Below the pieces are notes generated by a model that saw only the letters and a program-made list of their open reading frames with translations, had not been told where the DNA came from and searched no databases. Positions 52,453-64,000 of a stretch of 64,000 nucleotides of DNA are shown one piece after another. Each line of letters opens with the position of its first letter. Position 1 is the stretch's first letter. This DNA is from Eledone cirrhosa (taxonomy: Eukaryota). The stretch is from the NCBI GenBank assembly GCA_964016885.1, contig OZ024740.1, positions 266,414,001-266,478,000 on the forward strand, read 5' to 3'. Both the position numbers and the translations under genes were made by a program.

Positions 52453-55400
52453 GAAGACGCACGTGGTGGATAGAAGCTCATGAAATCGCTCCCATAAGTT
52501 TTTGATTTTTAACATATTTAAATCAATTGTGAAATAACAATTGTTAGTACAAATGATACATAAAGCACCAGACTCAAGTCTCAGAAAAATTCGGATCCAT
52601 AATATATTGTTATATCGCTCAAATATTCAATTTTGTATTATACATTTTATATTCAAAAAAGAAAATGGTTATAAATGGAAGAAAACCCCCTCTGTCTACA
52701 CTATATAGAACAGCCAAATAACAGCAATTTCACCAACACCACAAACTAGATACACCACCTATCCCATCACTCCTCTGTGTACACTAAATACAACAGCCAG
52801 ATAACGGCAATTTCACCACCACCACCACTAATCCCAGCATAATAATTATAATTACTATTATTATTGTCTCAAGTTTTCACAAAATGTTTAATTCCAATAT
52901 TAAGAAAATATGTCAACACATATATTAAACATACGTGACTAACCGCATAGATTCACCGATCAAACAAACTAGTCTATTCAACAAAACTCAGTAACGACAA
53001 CGCCATCACTATAGTCACCGCCGCCACCACTCCATCCATCATTGCTACCACTATCCCATCACCGCCGCCACCACTCCTTCATTGCTACCACCGCTATTCC
53101 CCCATTACCTTCTGTTAACTTACGAAAGGGGACGGTGGCGGTATCACTAGACAATATTAATAAACAATATTAATATTTAATTTTGGATCAGGAATGTTGG
53201 AGTCGAAAAGGAGGAAAATGGCAAAATGACTAAATAGCTAAATAGCTAAAGATAATTTCACGACCAACACCGCCACCACTACCACGCTAAAAACTCTGGT
53301 CAAGTTGCCTCAACCTCTATTTCTACTTCAACTTCAACACCATCACTACAGTACTACGATCACATCACCACCACCACTGCCTCATTATCGCTATCGCTGC
53401 TATTCTCTCCCACTACCTCCTGCTAGGTACTACTAGCACAGCACCAACACCACCACCACCACCACCACTGCCTCATTATCACTACCGCCGCTATTCTCTC
53501 CCACTACCTCTTGCTACATCGTAGTGTCCCCACTAAAAGAGGAAGGCATAAATAGACTGAATTGATGACCCGGTCAAAATCAAAAAACCAAAATCAAAAT
53601 CAAAGCAGCACAGCAACAACGAAAAACGTAAAGAAAAGAAAAATGAAGAGAAGAACAAACAGACGGACAGAGAAGGGAAGGGGAAAACTAAGTCAGACAT
53701 TCAAACATTACATTACAATGAAACGTATGCTTATTCATTTTTGGTTTTTTTTTGCCTGTTCGTTTGTTTGTTTATTTATGTTCGTCTACAGCGTGATAAT
53801 GCCACACAAAAATCACCGGGAGTGACGAAATCACCGGAGGTGATGAAATCACCGGTGGTTATGTAACCATACATTCACCAATCCTCGATAAGAGTGTTTA
53901 AATGTCGAACCTAAACAGTTCGAATAACGGTGAAGTGGATACTAGAATGTCATGTGACAGACTCTCACCCAACTGGTGTTCCCTGGCTCAGCAGCAGGGA
54001 CCTGGCTGTCAACCAAATACTGCTGGTGTCGGAGGAAGAAGAAGAAGGAAAGGGACCAGAACCAACTGGACGAAAGAATTGAATAGAACTGTTATGCAAT
54101 GTTACCTGAAGAGTAACCCCAAGGAGAAAGGCTATAGGAAACGGATGCATAACATCTGGAACGAGATTGGTCTATTTAAATTAGATGAACAAAAATTGGC
54201 CGAGCAGGCTCGGGTAATAAGAACTAATGGGTGGATAAGCGAGCTGGAACTGGAGGAAGAGATATTAGCTTGGAAATGGAGAGTGGAGTATGCCAGGCAA
54301 ACGAGCTAGTGGGAAATGAAGGTGAAGAGGTCGAGAGAACGGAGAAACCATCCGAAGCAGACAATGATCTGAATGCTGAAATAAATAATACCTGGAACAG
54401 AGATACGGCCACTGAGGAGATGAATGCTGTTTGGACAGCTTGAAGGGAAAGAAAGAGGCAACGACTTGATCCCTGAGGCGGAACAAACTAAAACATTCTG
54501 GAGAGGAATATGGGAGCAGGATGTTAAACATAATGACTAGGCAGTGTGGATTGAGACAGCACAGAAGGAGATTAGTGAACAGGCACACCAACAAACTGAT
54601 TTGAGTATCACAGTTGAAACTCTTAAGGGGCAGGCCAAAAAACTAACCAACTGGAAATCACCAGGCCCAGATGGTGTGCAGGGGTATTGGATTAAAAATA
54701 TAACATCCCTCCACCCGAAACTGACAACCATGTTCAATGACTGCTTGATGTCAGGTGAGGTACCAGAGTGGTTGACAAAAGGTACCACAGTTCTGATAAT
54801 GAAAGACCGAATCAAGGGTAATGATGTTACCAACTATAGACCTATCACATGTCTGTCCATAATGTGGAAACTGTTGACAAGCATTATGTCTGAGGAAATC
54901 TACCATCACCTCCACACAAACAACTTGTTACCGGACGAACAGAAAGGATGCCGAAAGAAGTCACGTGGTACAAAGGACCAGTTACTTATTGATAAGATGG
55001 TAATGAGGAATTGCAAGAGGAGACACACTGGTCTTGCCATGGGATGGATAGACTACAAAAAGGCATTTGACATGGTGCCTCATTCTTGGATCACCAAAAG
55101 CCCAGAGATCTTCAAGGTGGCAGATAACATCAGACAGTTGTTGGGCAAAAGTATGAAGTCCTGGGAAACAGAGTTAACATCAGCTGGAGAATCCTTGGGA
55201 AGCGTGAAGATCAAGAGAGGTATCTTCCAGGGAGATTGTCTGTCCCCTCTGTTGTTTGTCCTTGCCCTGATGCCCCTGACCAGTATACTGCGAAACGTGA
55301 GAGCAGGATACAGGTTGGGAAAGCGAGGGCTTACCATCAATCACCTCCTCTTCATGGACGATCTTAAGCTCTTCGGGAAGAGTGAGAAGGAGTTGGTTGT

Positions 55401-56862
55401 GCTTGTTGACACTGTCCGTATTTTCAGCAATGATATATGTATGCAATTTGGTATTAGTAAGTGTGGAGACCTTGTGATGAAGAGGGGTAAATTGAGCAGA
55501 AGTAACGGAATCCAGGTACCAACAGGTGAGATGATAAAGGAAATTGACACTGAAGAAGGATACAAGTATTTGGGTGTTCTGGAGGCTGATGACATCAAGA
55601 ACAAAAAAATGAAGGAATTGATAAGAACTGAATACATTCGGAGAGTAAGGAGCGTATTAAAGTCACATCTCAACAGAAGGAATGCCAAAAGTGCAGTAAA
55701 TTCCCGATCCGTGTCTATTATTAGGTACAGTGCGGGAATTCTGAGATGGAATGTTGCTGAACAAAAAGAAATGGATAGGAAGACTTGGAAGCTATTGACT
55801 ATCTACAACATGTTCCACAAGAAGAGTGATGTCGATAGACTCTACTTAAGGAGATCTGAAGGTGGAAGAGGTCTTATCAGCATAGAGGACTGTGTTCAGA
55901 TGGAGAAAAACAACCTACACAAATGCGTGACTGATAGTAAGGAGCCAATGCTCAGAACTGTACTGAAGGAGAGGACAATAGACCAGGGCAGGTCCAAGGA
56001 GGAAATAACATCAAGGAGAAAGAGCAGCCTTCAGGAAAAATCCCTTCATAGTACCTTCTTTGAGAAAACTAAATTCAGAGACCCACAGACATGGAACTGG
56101 TTGAAAAGAGGAGACCTTAAAAAGGCTACAGAAGGAATGTTAATGGCTGCGCAAGAGCAGGCCCTCAAAACGAAGTGGTTGAAACACCATATTTACAAGG
56201 AGGAGGCTAGCCCACTGTGCAGGATCTGTGGAGAGAGAGAAGAGACTGTGGCTCACATTGTATCCGAGTGTAAACACCTAGCCCAGACTCACTATAAGGG
56301 CTGGAAACATGATGTGATAGGCAGGGTGATCCACTGGCACCTATGCAAAGTAAACAATTTACCACATTCTGAGAAGTGGTATGAGCATCAGCCAGAGTCG
56401 GTGATAGAAAACGATCAGGTGAAGGTGCTGTGGGATTTTAGGATACAGACGGACAAGAAACTGGAACACAATAGACCTGACCAGGTGGTTGTGGACAAAT
56501 AAAAAAGAATCGTACCTGATTGTGGATGTGGCCTGCCCATTCGATACGAGAGTGCAAGAGAAGGAGAGGGAAAAAATTAACCGATACCAGGACTTAAAGT
56601 GGGAGGTAAAAAGGATTTGGAACTGCCATGAAGTCAAAGTGGTCCCGATTATCATAGGCGCACTAGGTACTATCTCAAAAAGTTTCCAGGGATGGTTAAA
56701 GAAAATTGGCCCCGCCACGCTTTTTGGAACGCTTCAAAAGGCATGCTTGCTGGGAACAGCAAGAACCCTCCGATACGTCCTGAATATCTGAGGCTGCAGG
56801 TAGTGGCTTGATATTCATTTCAACAAACTTTCCAGTTAACTAACATCAATGACTGAGACTCA
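52453..56862 (+). mobile_element. R4/Dong-like copy B (with 5'UTR; internal deletion, frameshifts, stop)
   Basis: ORF pieces 53902-54309, 54544-56502 and 56489-56791 are collinear with copy C. 530 bp are missing at ~54429. Confidence 0.92.
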
Positions 56863-56925
<63 letters not shown>

Positions 56926-56927
<2 letters not shown>

Positions 56928-59900
56928 TAGACGCACGAGGTGACGGAGGTCATGAAATCGCTCCCGTAAGTTTTGAATTTTTAACATATTTAAATCATTT
57001 GTGAAATAACAACTCTTAGTACAAATGCTACGTAAAGCACCCGGCTTGAGCCCCAAAAAATTCGGACCCAAAATATATTGTTATAAGGCTCAAATATTCA
57101 AATATTCAACTTTGTATTGTACACTGTATATCCAAAAAAAAAAAAAATGGCTATAAATGGAAGAAGAAGAACCCCCCTCCCCTCCTCTCCTCTGGCTACA
57201 CTATATAGGACAGCTAAACTCACCAACACCAGAAACTAGATACACCACCCACCCCATCATCTGTGTACACTAAACACAACAGCATTTTCACCTTCACCGC
57301 CACCGCTCACTACGGCCATCATTACCACCACTATCCCATCACCGCCGCCACCACCCCTTGACTCCTTCACTGCTGCTGCCACCGCTACAGCACCATCACT
57401 ACAGTAATACGGTCGCATCACCGCCACCACTTCCTCGGTATCGACATCACCACCACCACTGTCTCAGTATCGCCAACGCCGCCCTCTCCCACTTCTCCCT
57501 GCTGGCTGCTACTACTCCCACATTATAGAATCCCTACTACTAACAAAGAGGAAGGCATCAAAATATATAGATAGACTCAAAAGAAAAAAGAAAAAACAAA
57601 CAACAAAACCAAAGCAGCACAGCAACAACAGCAAAAAACGAGAAAAACAAACAGAGAAAAACAAAAACAAAAACAAAAAAAGAAACCCCAAAAACGTAAA
57701 GAAAATAAGAATGAAGAGAGAAGCAGGCGGACGGACAGAGAAGAGGGGGGGAAAAGTAAAACTTAAAAAACAAAAACTAAGTCAGACATTCGAATACTAC
57801 ATTACAATGAAACTTATGCTTATTCATTTTTGGGGCCCTTTCTGCCCGTGTGTTTGTTTGTTTATGTGTGTTCGTATACAGCGTGGTGATAATGCCACAC
57901 AAGGGCCAAGTGGAATGGCGGATCCACAGATGGCTATGTAAACATACATTCGCCAATCCTCGATAAGAGTGTTTAAATATCGAACATAAACAGTTCGAAT
58001 AACGGTGAAATGGAGACTAGAACGTCATGTGACAGACTCTCACCCAACAGGTGCCCCCTGGTTCAGCAGCAGGAACCTGACTGTCAACCAAATACTGCTG
58101 ATGTTGGAGGAAGAAGAAGAAGGAAAGGGGCCAGAACCAACTGGACGAAAGAATTGAATAGAACTGTTATGCAATGCTACCTGAAAAGTAACCCCAAGGA
58201 GAGGGGCTACAGGAGACGGATGCATAACATCTGGAACGAGATTGGTTTATTTAAATTAGATGAACAAAAATTGGCCGGGCAGGCTCGGGTAATAAGAACT
58301 AATGGGTGGATAAGCGAGCTGGAACTGGAGGAACTGAGCAGAGAGAATGGCTTGGAGATGGCGGGTGTAGTATGCCAGACAGGCGAGCCGGTGGGAAATG
58401 AAGGTGAGGAGGTCCTGAGAACGGAGGAACCACCCGAAGCAGACAATGATCTGAATACTGAGATAAATAATACCTGGAACAGAGATACGGCCACTGAGGA
58501 GATGAATGCTGACGGGCTAGGACAAGATTCGGTTGACATCCTAAATCTAGTGGTAGATGAATTGAACAATGATAGTGGGAGACCTATGAACCTAAGATTT
58601 GTAGACAGGAAAAAGTTAAAAGAAACAACAGCTAAGGTAAACAAAGTCATCCCATACCTTGAGGCGAGGAGTCTCCACCAGTGCAACAATATCCTCAAAG
58701 CAACAGCAAATACGGTGAGGAAACTACTTGGTATAAAAGCGAGAGGAAACAACAGACACGAAAGAGCAGAGCCGTGGTGGAGGAAGCGACTGAGTGGGCA
58801 AATCGGGGAAATGAGAAATGACATAGGAAAGCTTGAGTCACTACTGAATGGGACACTAAAAAACATAGGGACTAAAAATAGACTGGAAATAAAATACAAA
58901 ACTAGGAGTAAAAAGCTAAATATTATCATAGAGGAATTGAAGCAACGCATTGTAGCAAAGAGTGCCAAAATCAGGCGATACGAGAACAGAGTCAGTCAGT
59001 ATAAACAGAACCGCATGTTCGACAACAACCAGAAGATGCTGTTTGGACAGCTTGAGGGGAAAGAAAGAGGCAACGACTTGATCCCTGGGGCGGAACAAGC
59101 TAAAACATTCTGGAGAGGAATATGGGAGCAGGATGTTAGACACAATGCCCAGGCAGGGTGGATTGAGACAGTACAGAGGGAGATCGGTGAGAAGGCACAA
59201 CAACAGACTGATTTGAGTATCACAGTTGAAACTCTTAAGGGGCAAACCAAAAAACTAACCAACTGGAAATCACCAGGCCCAGATGGTGTGCAGGGGTATT
59301 GGATTAAACATTTAACATCCCTCCACCCGAAGCTGACGGCCATGTTCAATGACTGCTTGGTGTCGGGTGAGGTGCCAGAGTGGTTGACAAAAGGTACCAC
59401 AGTTCTGATAATGAAAGACCGAATCAAGGGTAATGATGTTACCAACTATAGACCTATCACATGTCTGCCCGTAATGTGGAAACTGTTGACGAGCATTGTG
59501 TCTGAGGAAATCTACCATCACCTCCACACAAACAACTTGTTACCGGACGAACAGAAAGGATGCCGAAAGAAGTCACGTGGTACAAAGGACCAGTTGCTTA
59601 TTGATAAGATGGTAATGGGGAATTGCAGGAGGAGACACACTGATCTTGCCATGGGATGGATAGACTACAGAAAGGCATTTGACATGGTGCCTCATTCCTG
59701 GATCACCAAAAGCCTGGAGATCTTCAGGGTGGCAGATAACATCAGACAGTTGCTGGGCAGGAGTATGGGGTCCTGGGAGACAGAGTCGACATCAACTGGA
59801 GTATCCTTGGGAAGCGTGAAGATCAAGAGAGGTATCTTCCAGGGAGATAGCCTGTCCCCTCTGTTGTTTGTCCTTGCCCTGATGCCCTTGACCATTATGC

Positions 59901-61476
59901 TGCGAAAAGTGAGAGCAGGATACAAGTTGGAAAGGGGAGAGCTTACCATCAATCACCTCCTCTTCATGGACGATCTTAAGCTCTTCGGGAAAAGTGAGAA
60001 GGAGTTGGATGTGCTTGTTGACACTGTCCGTATTTTCAGCAGTGATATATGTATGCAGTTTGGTATTGGTAAATGTGGAGTCATTGTGATGAAGAGGGGT
60101 AGGTTGAGCAGAAGTAACGGGATCCAGATACCAACAGGTGAGATGATAAGGGAAATTGACTCTGAGGAAGGATACAAGTATTTGGGCGTTCTGGAGGCTG
60201 ATGGCATAAAGAACAAAAAAATGAAGGAATTGTTAAGAACTGAATACATTCGGAGAGTAAGGAGCGTATTGAAGTCACATCTGAACAGCAGAAATGCCAT
60301 AAGCGCAGTAAATTCCCGAGCTGTGTCTATTATTAGGTACAGTGCGGGAATTCTGAGATGGAATGTTGCTGAACAAAAAGAAATGGATAGGAAGACTAGG
60401 AAGCTATTGACTATCTACAACATGTTCCACAAGAGGAGTGATGTCGATAGACTCTACCTAAGGAGATCTGAGGGTGGAAGAGGTCTTATCAGCATAGAGG
60501 ACTGTGTTCAGATGGAGAAAAACAACCTATACAAATACGTGACCTATAGTAAGGAGCCAATGCTCAGAACTGTACTGAAGGAGGGGACAGTAGGCCAGGG
60601 GATGTCCAAGGAGGAAATAACATCAAGGAGGAAGAGCAGCCTTAAGGGAAAATCCCTTCATAGTACCTTCTTTGAGAAAACTGAATTTAGAGATCCACAG
60701 ACATGGAACTGGTTGAGAAGAGGAGACCTCAAAAAGGCTACAGAAGGAATGCTAATGGCTGCGCAGGAGCAGGCCCTCAAAACGAAGTGGTTGAAGCACC
60801 ATATCTACAAGGAGGAGGCTAGCCCACTGTGCAGGATCTGTGGAGAGAGAGAGGAGACTGTGGCTCACATTGTGTCCGAGTGTAAACACCTAGCCCAGAC
60901 CCACTATAAGGGCTGGATACACGATGTGATGGGCAGGGTGATCCACTGGCACCTGTGCAAAGTAAACAATCTACCACATTCTGAGAAATGGTATGAGCAT
61001 AGGCCAGAGGCGGTGATGGAGAACAGTCAGGTGAAGGTGCTGTGGGATTTTAGGATACAGACGGACAAAAAACTGGAACACAATAGACCTGACCTGGTGG
61101 TTGTGGACAAAGAAAAAAGATCGTGCCTGATTGTGGATGTGGCCTGCCCGTTCGACACGAGAGTGCAAGAGAAGGAGAGGGAGAAAATTAACCGATACCA
61201 GGACCTAAGGTGGGAGGTGAAAAGGATTTGGAACTGCCATGAAGTCAAAGTGATCCCGATTGTCATAGGCGCACTGGGGACTATCTCCAAAGGTTTCCAG
61301 GGATGGTTAAAGAAAATCGGCCCCTTCACGCTTTTTGGAACGCTTCAAAAGGCATGCTTGCTTGGAACAGCAAGAACCCTCCGATACGTCCTGAATATCT
61401 GAGGCTGCAGGTAGTGGCTTGATATTCAATCCAACGGACTTTCCAGTTAACCAACATCAATGACTGAGATTCAAGG
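56926..61476 (+). mobile_element. R4/Dong-like copy C, full length
   Basis: ~1.08-kb 5'UTR homologous to copy B, a single long ORF, a short 3'UTR, and (TAA)n on both sides. Confidence 0.95.
58010..61402 (+). CDS. R4/Dong-clade polyprotein: RT + CCHC knuckle + restriction-like endonuclease
   Basis: 1130 aa: WKSPGPDG, YRPITCL, IDYRKAFD, GIFQGDSLSP, FMDD, CRICGEREETVAHIVSEC, RPD...DV...K. Confidence 0.95.
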   Translation: METRTSCDRLSPNRCPLVQQQEPDCQPNTADVGGRRRRKGARTNWTKELNRTVMQCYLKSNPKERGYRRRMHNIWNEIGLFKLDEQKLAGQARVIRTNGWISELELEELSRENGLEMAGVVCQTGEPVGNEGEEVLRTEEPPEADNDLNTEINNTWNRDTATEEMNADGLGQDSVDILNLVVDELNNDSGRPMNLRFVDRKKLKETTAKVNKVIPYLEARSLHQCNNILKATANTVRKLLGIKARGNNRHERAEPWWRKRLSGQIGEMRNDIGKLESLLNGTLKNIGTKNRLEIKYKTRSKKLNIIIEELKQRIVAKSAKIRRYENRVSQYKQNRMFDNNQKMLFGQLEGKERGNDLIPGAEQAKTFWRGIWEQDVRHNAQAGWIETVQREIGEKAQQQTDLSITVETLKGQTKKLTNWKSPGPDGVQGYWIKHLTSLHPKLTAMFNDCLVSGEVPEWLTKGTTVLIMKDRIKGNDVTNYRPITCLPVMWKLLTSIVSEEIYHHLHTNNLLPDEQKGCRKKSRGTKDQLLIDKMVMGNCRRRHTDLAMGWIDYRKAFDMVPHSWITKSLEIFRVADNIRQLLGRSMGSWETESTSTGVSLGSVKIKRGIFQGDSLSPLLFVLALMPLTIMLRKVRAGYKLERGELTINHLLFMDDLKLFGKSEKELDVLVDTVRIFSSDICMQFGIGKCGVIVMKRGRLSRSNGIQIPTGEMIREIDSEEGYKYLGVLEADGIKNKKMKELLRTEYIRRVRSVLKSHLNSRNAISAVNSRAVSIIRYSAGILRWNVAEQKEMDRKTRKLLTIYNMFHKRSDVDRLYLRRSEGGRGLISIEDCVQMEKNNLYKYVTYSKEPMLRTVLKEGTVGQGMSKEEITSRRKSSLKGKSLHSTFFEKTEFRDPQTWNWLRRGDLKKATEGMLMAAQEQALKTKWLKHHIYKEEASPLCRICGEREETVAHIVSECKHLAQTHYKGWIHDVMGRVIHWHLCKVNNLPHSEKWYEHRPEAVMENSQVKVLWDFRIQTDKKLEHNRPDLVVVDKEKRSCLIVDVACPFDTRVQEKEREKINRYQDLRWEVKRIWNCHEVKVIPIVIGALGTISKGFQGWLKKIGPFTLFGTLQKACLLGTARTLRYVLNI

Positions 61477-61488
61477 AATAACAATAAC

Positions 61489-61515
<27 letters not shown>

Positions 61516-61519
<4 letters not shown>

Positions 61520-63847
61520 CCCAGGCAGGGTGGATTGAGACAGTACAGAGGGAGATCGGTGAGCAGGCACAGCAACAAACTGATTTGAGTATCACAGTTG
61601 AAACTCTTAAGGGGCAGGCCAAAAAACTAACCAACTGGAAATCACCAGGCCCAGATGGTGTGCAGGGGTATTGGATTAAACATTTAACATCCCTCCACCC
61701 GAAGCTGACGGCCATGTTCAATGACTGCTTGGTGTCGGGTGAGGTGCCAGAGTGGTTGACAAAAGGTACCACAGTTCTGATAATGAAAGACCGAATCAAG
61801 GGTAATGATGTTACCAACTATAGACCTATCACATGTCTGTCCGTAATGTGGAAACTGTTGACGAGCATTGTGTCTGAGGAAATCTACCATCACCTCCACA
61901 CAAACAACTTGTTACCGGACGAACAGAAAGGATGCCGAAAGAAGTCACGTGGTGCAAAGGACCAGTTACTTATTGATAAGATGGTAATGGGGAATTGCAG
62001 GAGGAGACACACTGATCTTGCCATGGGATGGATAGACTACAGAAAGGCATTTGACATGGTGCCTCATTCCTGGATCACCAAAAGCCTCGAGATATTCAGG
62101 GTGGCAGATAACATCAGACAGTTGCTAGGCAGGAGTATGGGGTCCTGGGAGACAGAGTTGACATCAACTGGAGTATCCTTGGGAAGCGTGAAGATCAAGA
62201 GAGGTATCTTCCAGGGAGATAGCCTGTCCCCCCTGTTGTTTGTCCTTGCCCTGATGCCCTTGACCATTATGCTGCGAAAAGTGAGAGCAGGATACAAGTT
62301 GGGAAGGGGAGAGCTTACCATCAATTACCTCCTCTTCATGGACGATCTTAAGCTCTTCGGGAAAAGTGAGAAGGAGTTGGATGTGCTTGTTGACACTGTC
62401 CGTATTTTCAGCAGTGATATATGTATGCAGTTTGGTATTGGTAAATGTGGAGTCATTGTGATGAGGAGGGGTAGGTTGAGCAGAAGTAACGGGATCCAGA
62501 TACCAACAGGTGAGATGATAAAGGAAATTGACTCTGAGGAAGGATACAAGTATTTGGGCGTTCTGGAGGCTGATGGCATAAAGAACAAAAAAATGAAGGA
62601 ATTGTTAAGAACTGAATACATTCGGAGAGTAAGGAGCGTATTGAAGTCACATCTGAACAGCAGAAATGCCATAAGCGCAGTAAATTCCCGAGCTGTGTCT
62701 ATTATTAGGTACAGTGCGGGAATTCTGAGATGGAATGTTGCTGAACAAAAAGAAATGGATAGGAAGACTAGGAAGCTATTGACTATCTACAACATGTTCC
62801 ACAAGAGGAGTGATGTCGATAGACTCTACCTAAGGAGATCTGAGGGTGGAAGAGGTCTTATCAGCATAGAGGACTGTGTTCAGATGGAGAAAAACAACCT
62901 ATACAAATACGTGACCTATAGTAAGGAGCCAATGCTCAGAACTGTACTGAAGGAGGGGACAGTAGGCCAGGGGATGTCCAAGGAGGAAATAACATCAAGG
63001 AGGAAGAGCAGCCTTAAGGGAAAATCCCTTCATAGTACCTTCTTTGAGAAAACTGAATTTAGAGATCCACAGACATGGAACTGGTTGAGAAGAGGAGACC
63101 TCAAAAAGGCTACAGAAGGAATGCTAATGGCTGCGCAGGAGCAGGCCCTCAAAACGAAGTGGTTGAAGCACCATATCTACAAGGAGGAGGCTAGCCCACT
63201 GTGCAGGATCTGTGGAGAGAGAGAGGAGACTGTGACTCACATTGTGTCCGAGTGTAAACACCTAGCCCAGACCCACTATAAGGGCTGGAGACACGATGTG
63301 ATGGTCAGGGTGATCCACTGGCACCTGTGCAAAGTAAACAATTTACCACATTCTGAGAAATGGTATGAGCATAGGCCAGAGGCGGTGATGGAGAACAATC
63401 AGGTGAAGGTGCTGTGGTATTTTAGGATACAGACGGACAAAAAACTGGAACACAATAGACCTGACCTGGTGGTTGTGGACAAAGAAAAAAGATCGTGTCT
63501 GATTGTGGATGTGGCCTGCCCGTTCGACACGAGAGTGCAAGAGAAGGAGGGGGAGAAAATTAACCGATACCAGGACCTAAAGTGGGAGGTGAAAAGGATT
63601 TGGAACTGCCATGAAGTCAAAGTGATCCCGATTGTCATAGGCGCACTGGGGACAACTCCAAAAGTTTCCAGGGATGGTTAAAGAAAATCGGCCCCTTCAC
63701 GCTTTTTGGAACGCTTCAAAAGGCATGCTTGCTTGGAACAGCAAGAACCCTCCGATACGTCCTGAATATCTGAGGCTGCAGGTAGTGGCTTGATATTCAA
63801 TCCAACGGACTTTCCAGTTAACCAACATCAATGACTGAGATTAAAGG
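61516..63847 (+). mobile_element. R4/Dong-like copy D (5'-truncated; 1-nt frameshift near 63655)
   Basis: Starts at aatgcccaggcaggg (equivalent to 59144 of copy C). ORF 61585-63681. Confidence 0.94.
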
Positions 63848-63903
63848 AATAACAATAGTGATAATAATAATAATAATAATAACAATAACAATAATAATAA
63901 TAA

Positions 63904-64000
63904 ACTGTAGGATCTGTGGAGAGAGAGAGGAGACTGTGGCTCACATTGTATCCGTGTGTAAACACCTAGCCCAGACTCACTATAAAGGCTGGAGACATGA
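63904..64000 (+). mobile_element. R4/Dong-like copy E (5'-truncated, runs off the window)
   Basis: aggatctgtggagagagagaggagactgtggctcac, the zinc-knuckle region, directly after (TAA)n. Confidence 0.88.

Noticed and set aside
52453-52600. HDV-like ribozyme at the Dong 5' ends (also 56926-57070)
   Set aside because: The 5' block is conserved between copies, but I could not build the nested double pseudoknot. An Infernal or RNArobo search is needed.
54265-63638. Numerous antisense ORFs over the Dong, Tx1 and RTE elements
   Set aside because: Shadow frames of the RT genes, repeated only because the copies are near-identical.

Overview
AT-rich, microsatellite-dense eukaryotic DNA. The repeat content (Nin-domain and tRNA-derived SINEs, RTE LINEs, long (TA)n/(TAA)n tracts) suggests a cephalopod such as Octopus; this is an inference. 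The only host gene recognised is the spliceosomal protein SmB/B' (SNRPB-like) on the minus strand. It has an ATG-only first coding exon followed by a GC-AG intron and two further exons; its Pro-rich 3' exon(s) were not located. The rest is mobile DNA: RTE LINEs (one with a PHD-like finger inside the RT), SINEs, MITEs, a hAT fossil, non-autonomous Helitrons including a head-to-tail pair, and a decayed Penelope-like (Naiad-type) element. From 47.3 kb to the end there is a (TAA)n-anchored array of five R4/Dong-like RLE retrotransposon copies with a Tx1-like element inserted in the opposite orientation. The most striking signal not shown by the ORF track is a set of six well-formed and one degenerate type-I hammerhead ribozyme motifs between 30 and 47 kb. 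These include a non-coding retrozyme-like tandem (464-nt period, predicted circular RNA) and a hammerhead enclosed in 53-bp inverted repeats. All structures were read by eye; no folding program or database search was run.
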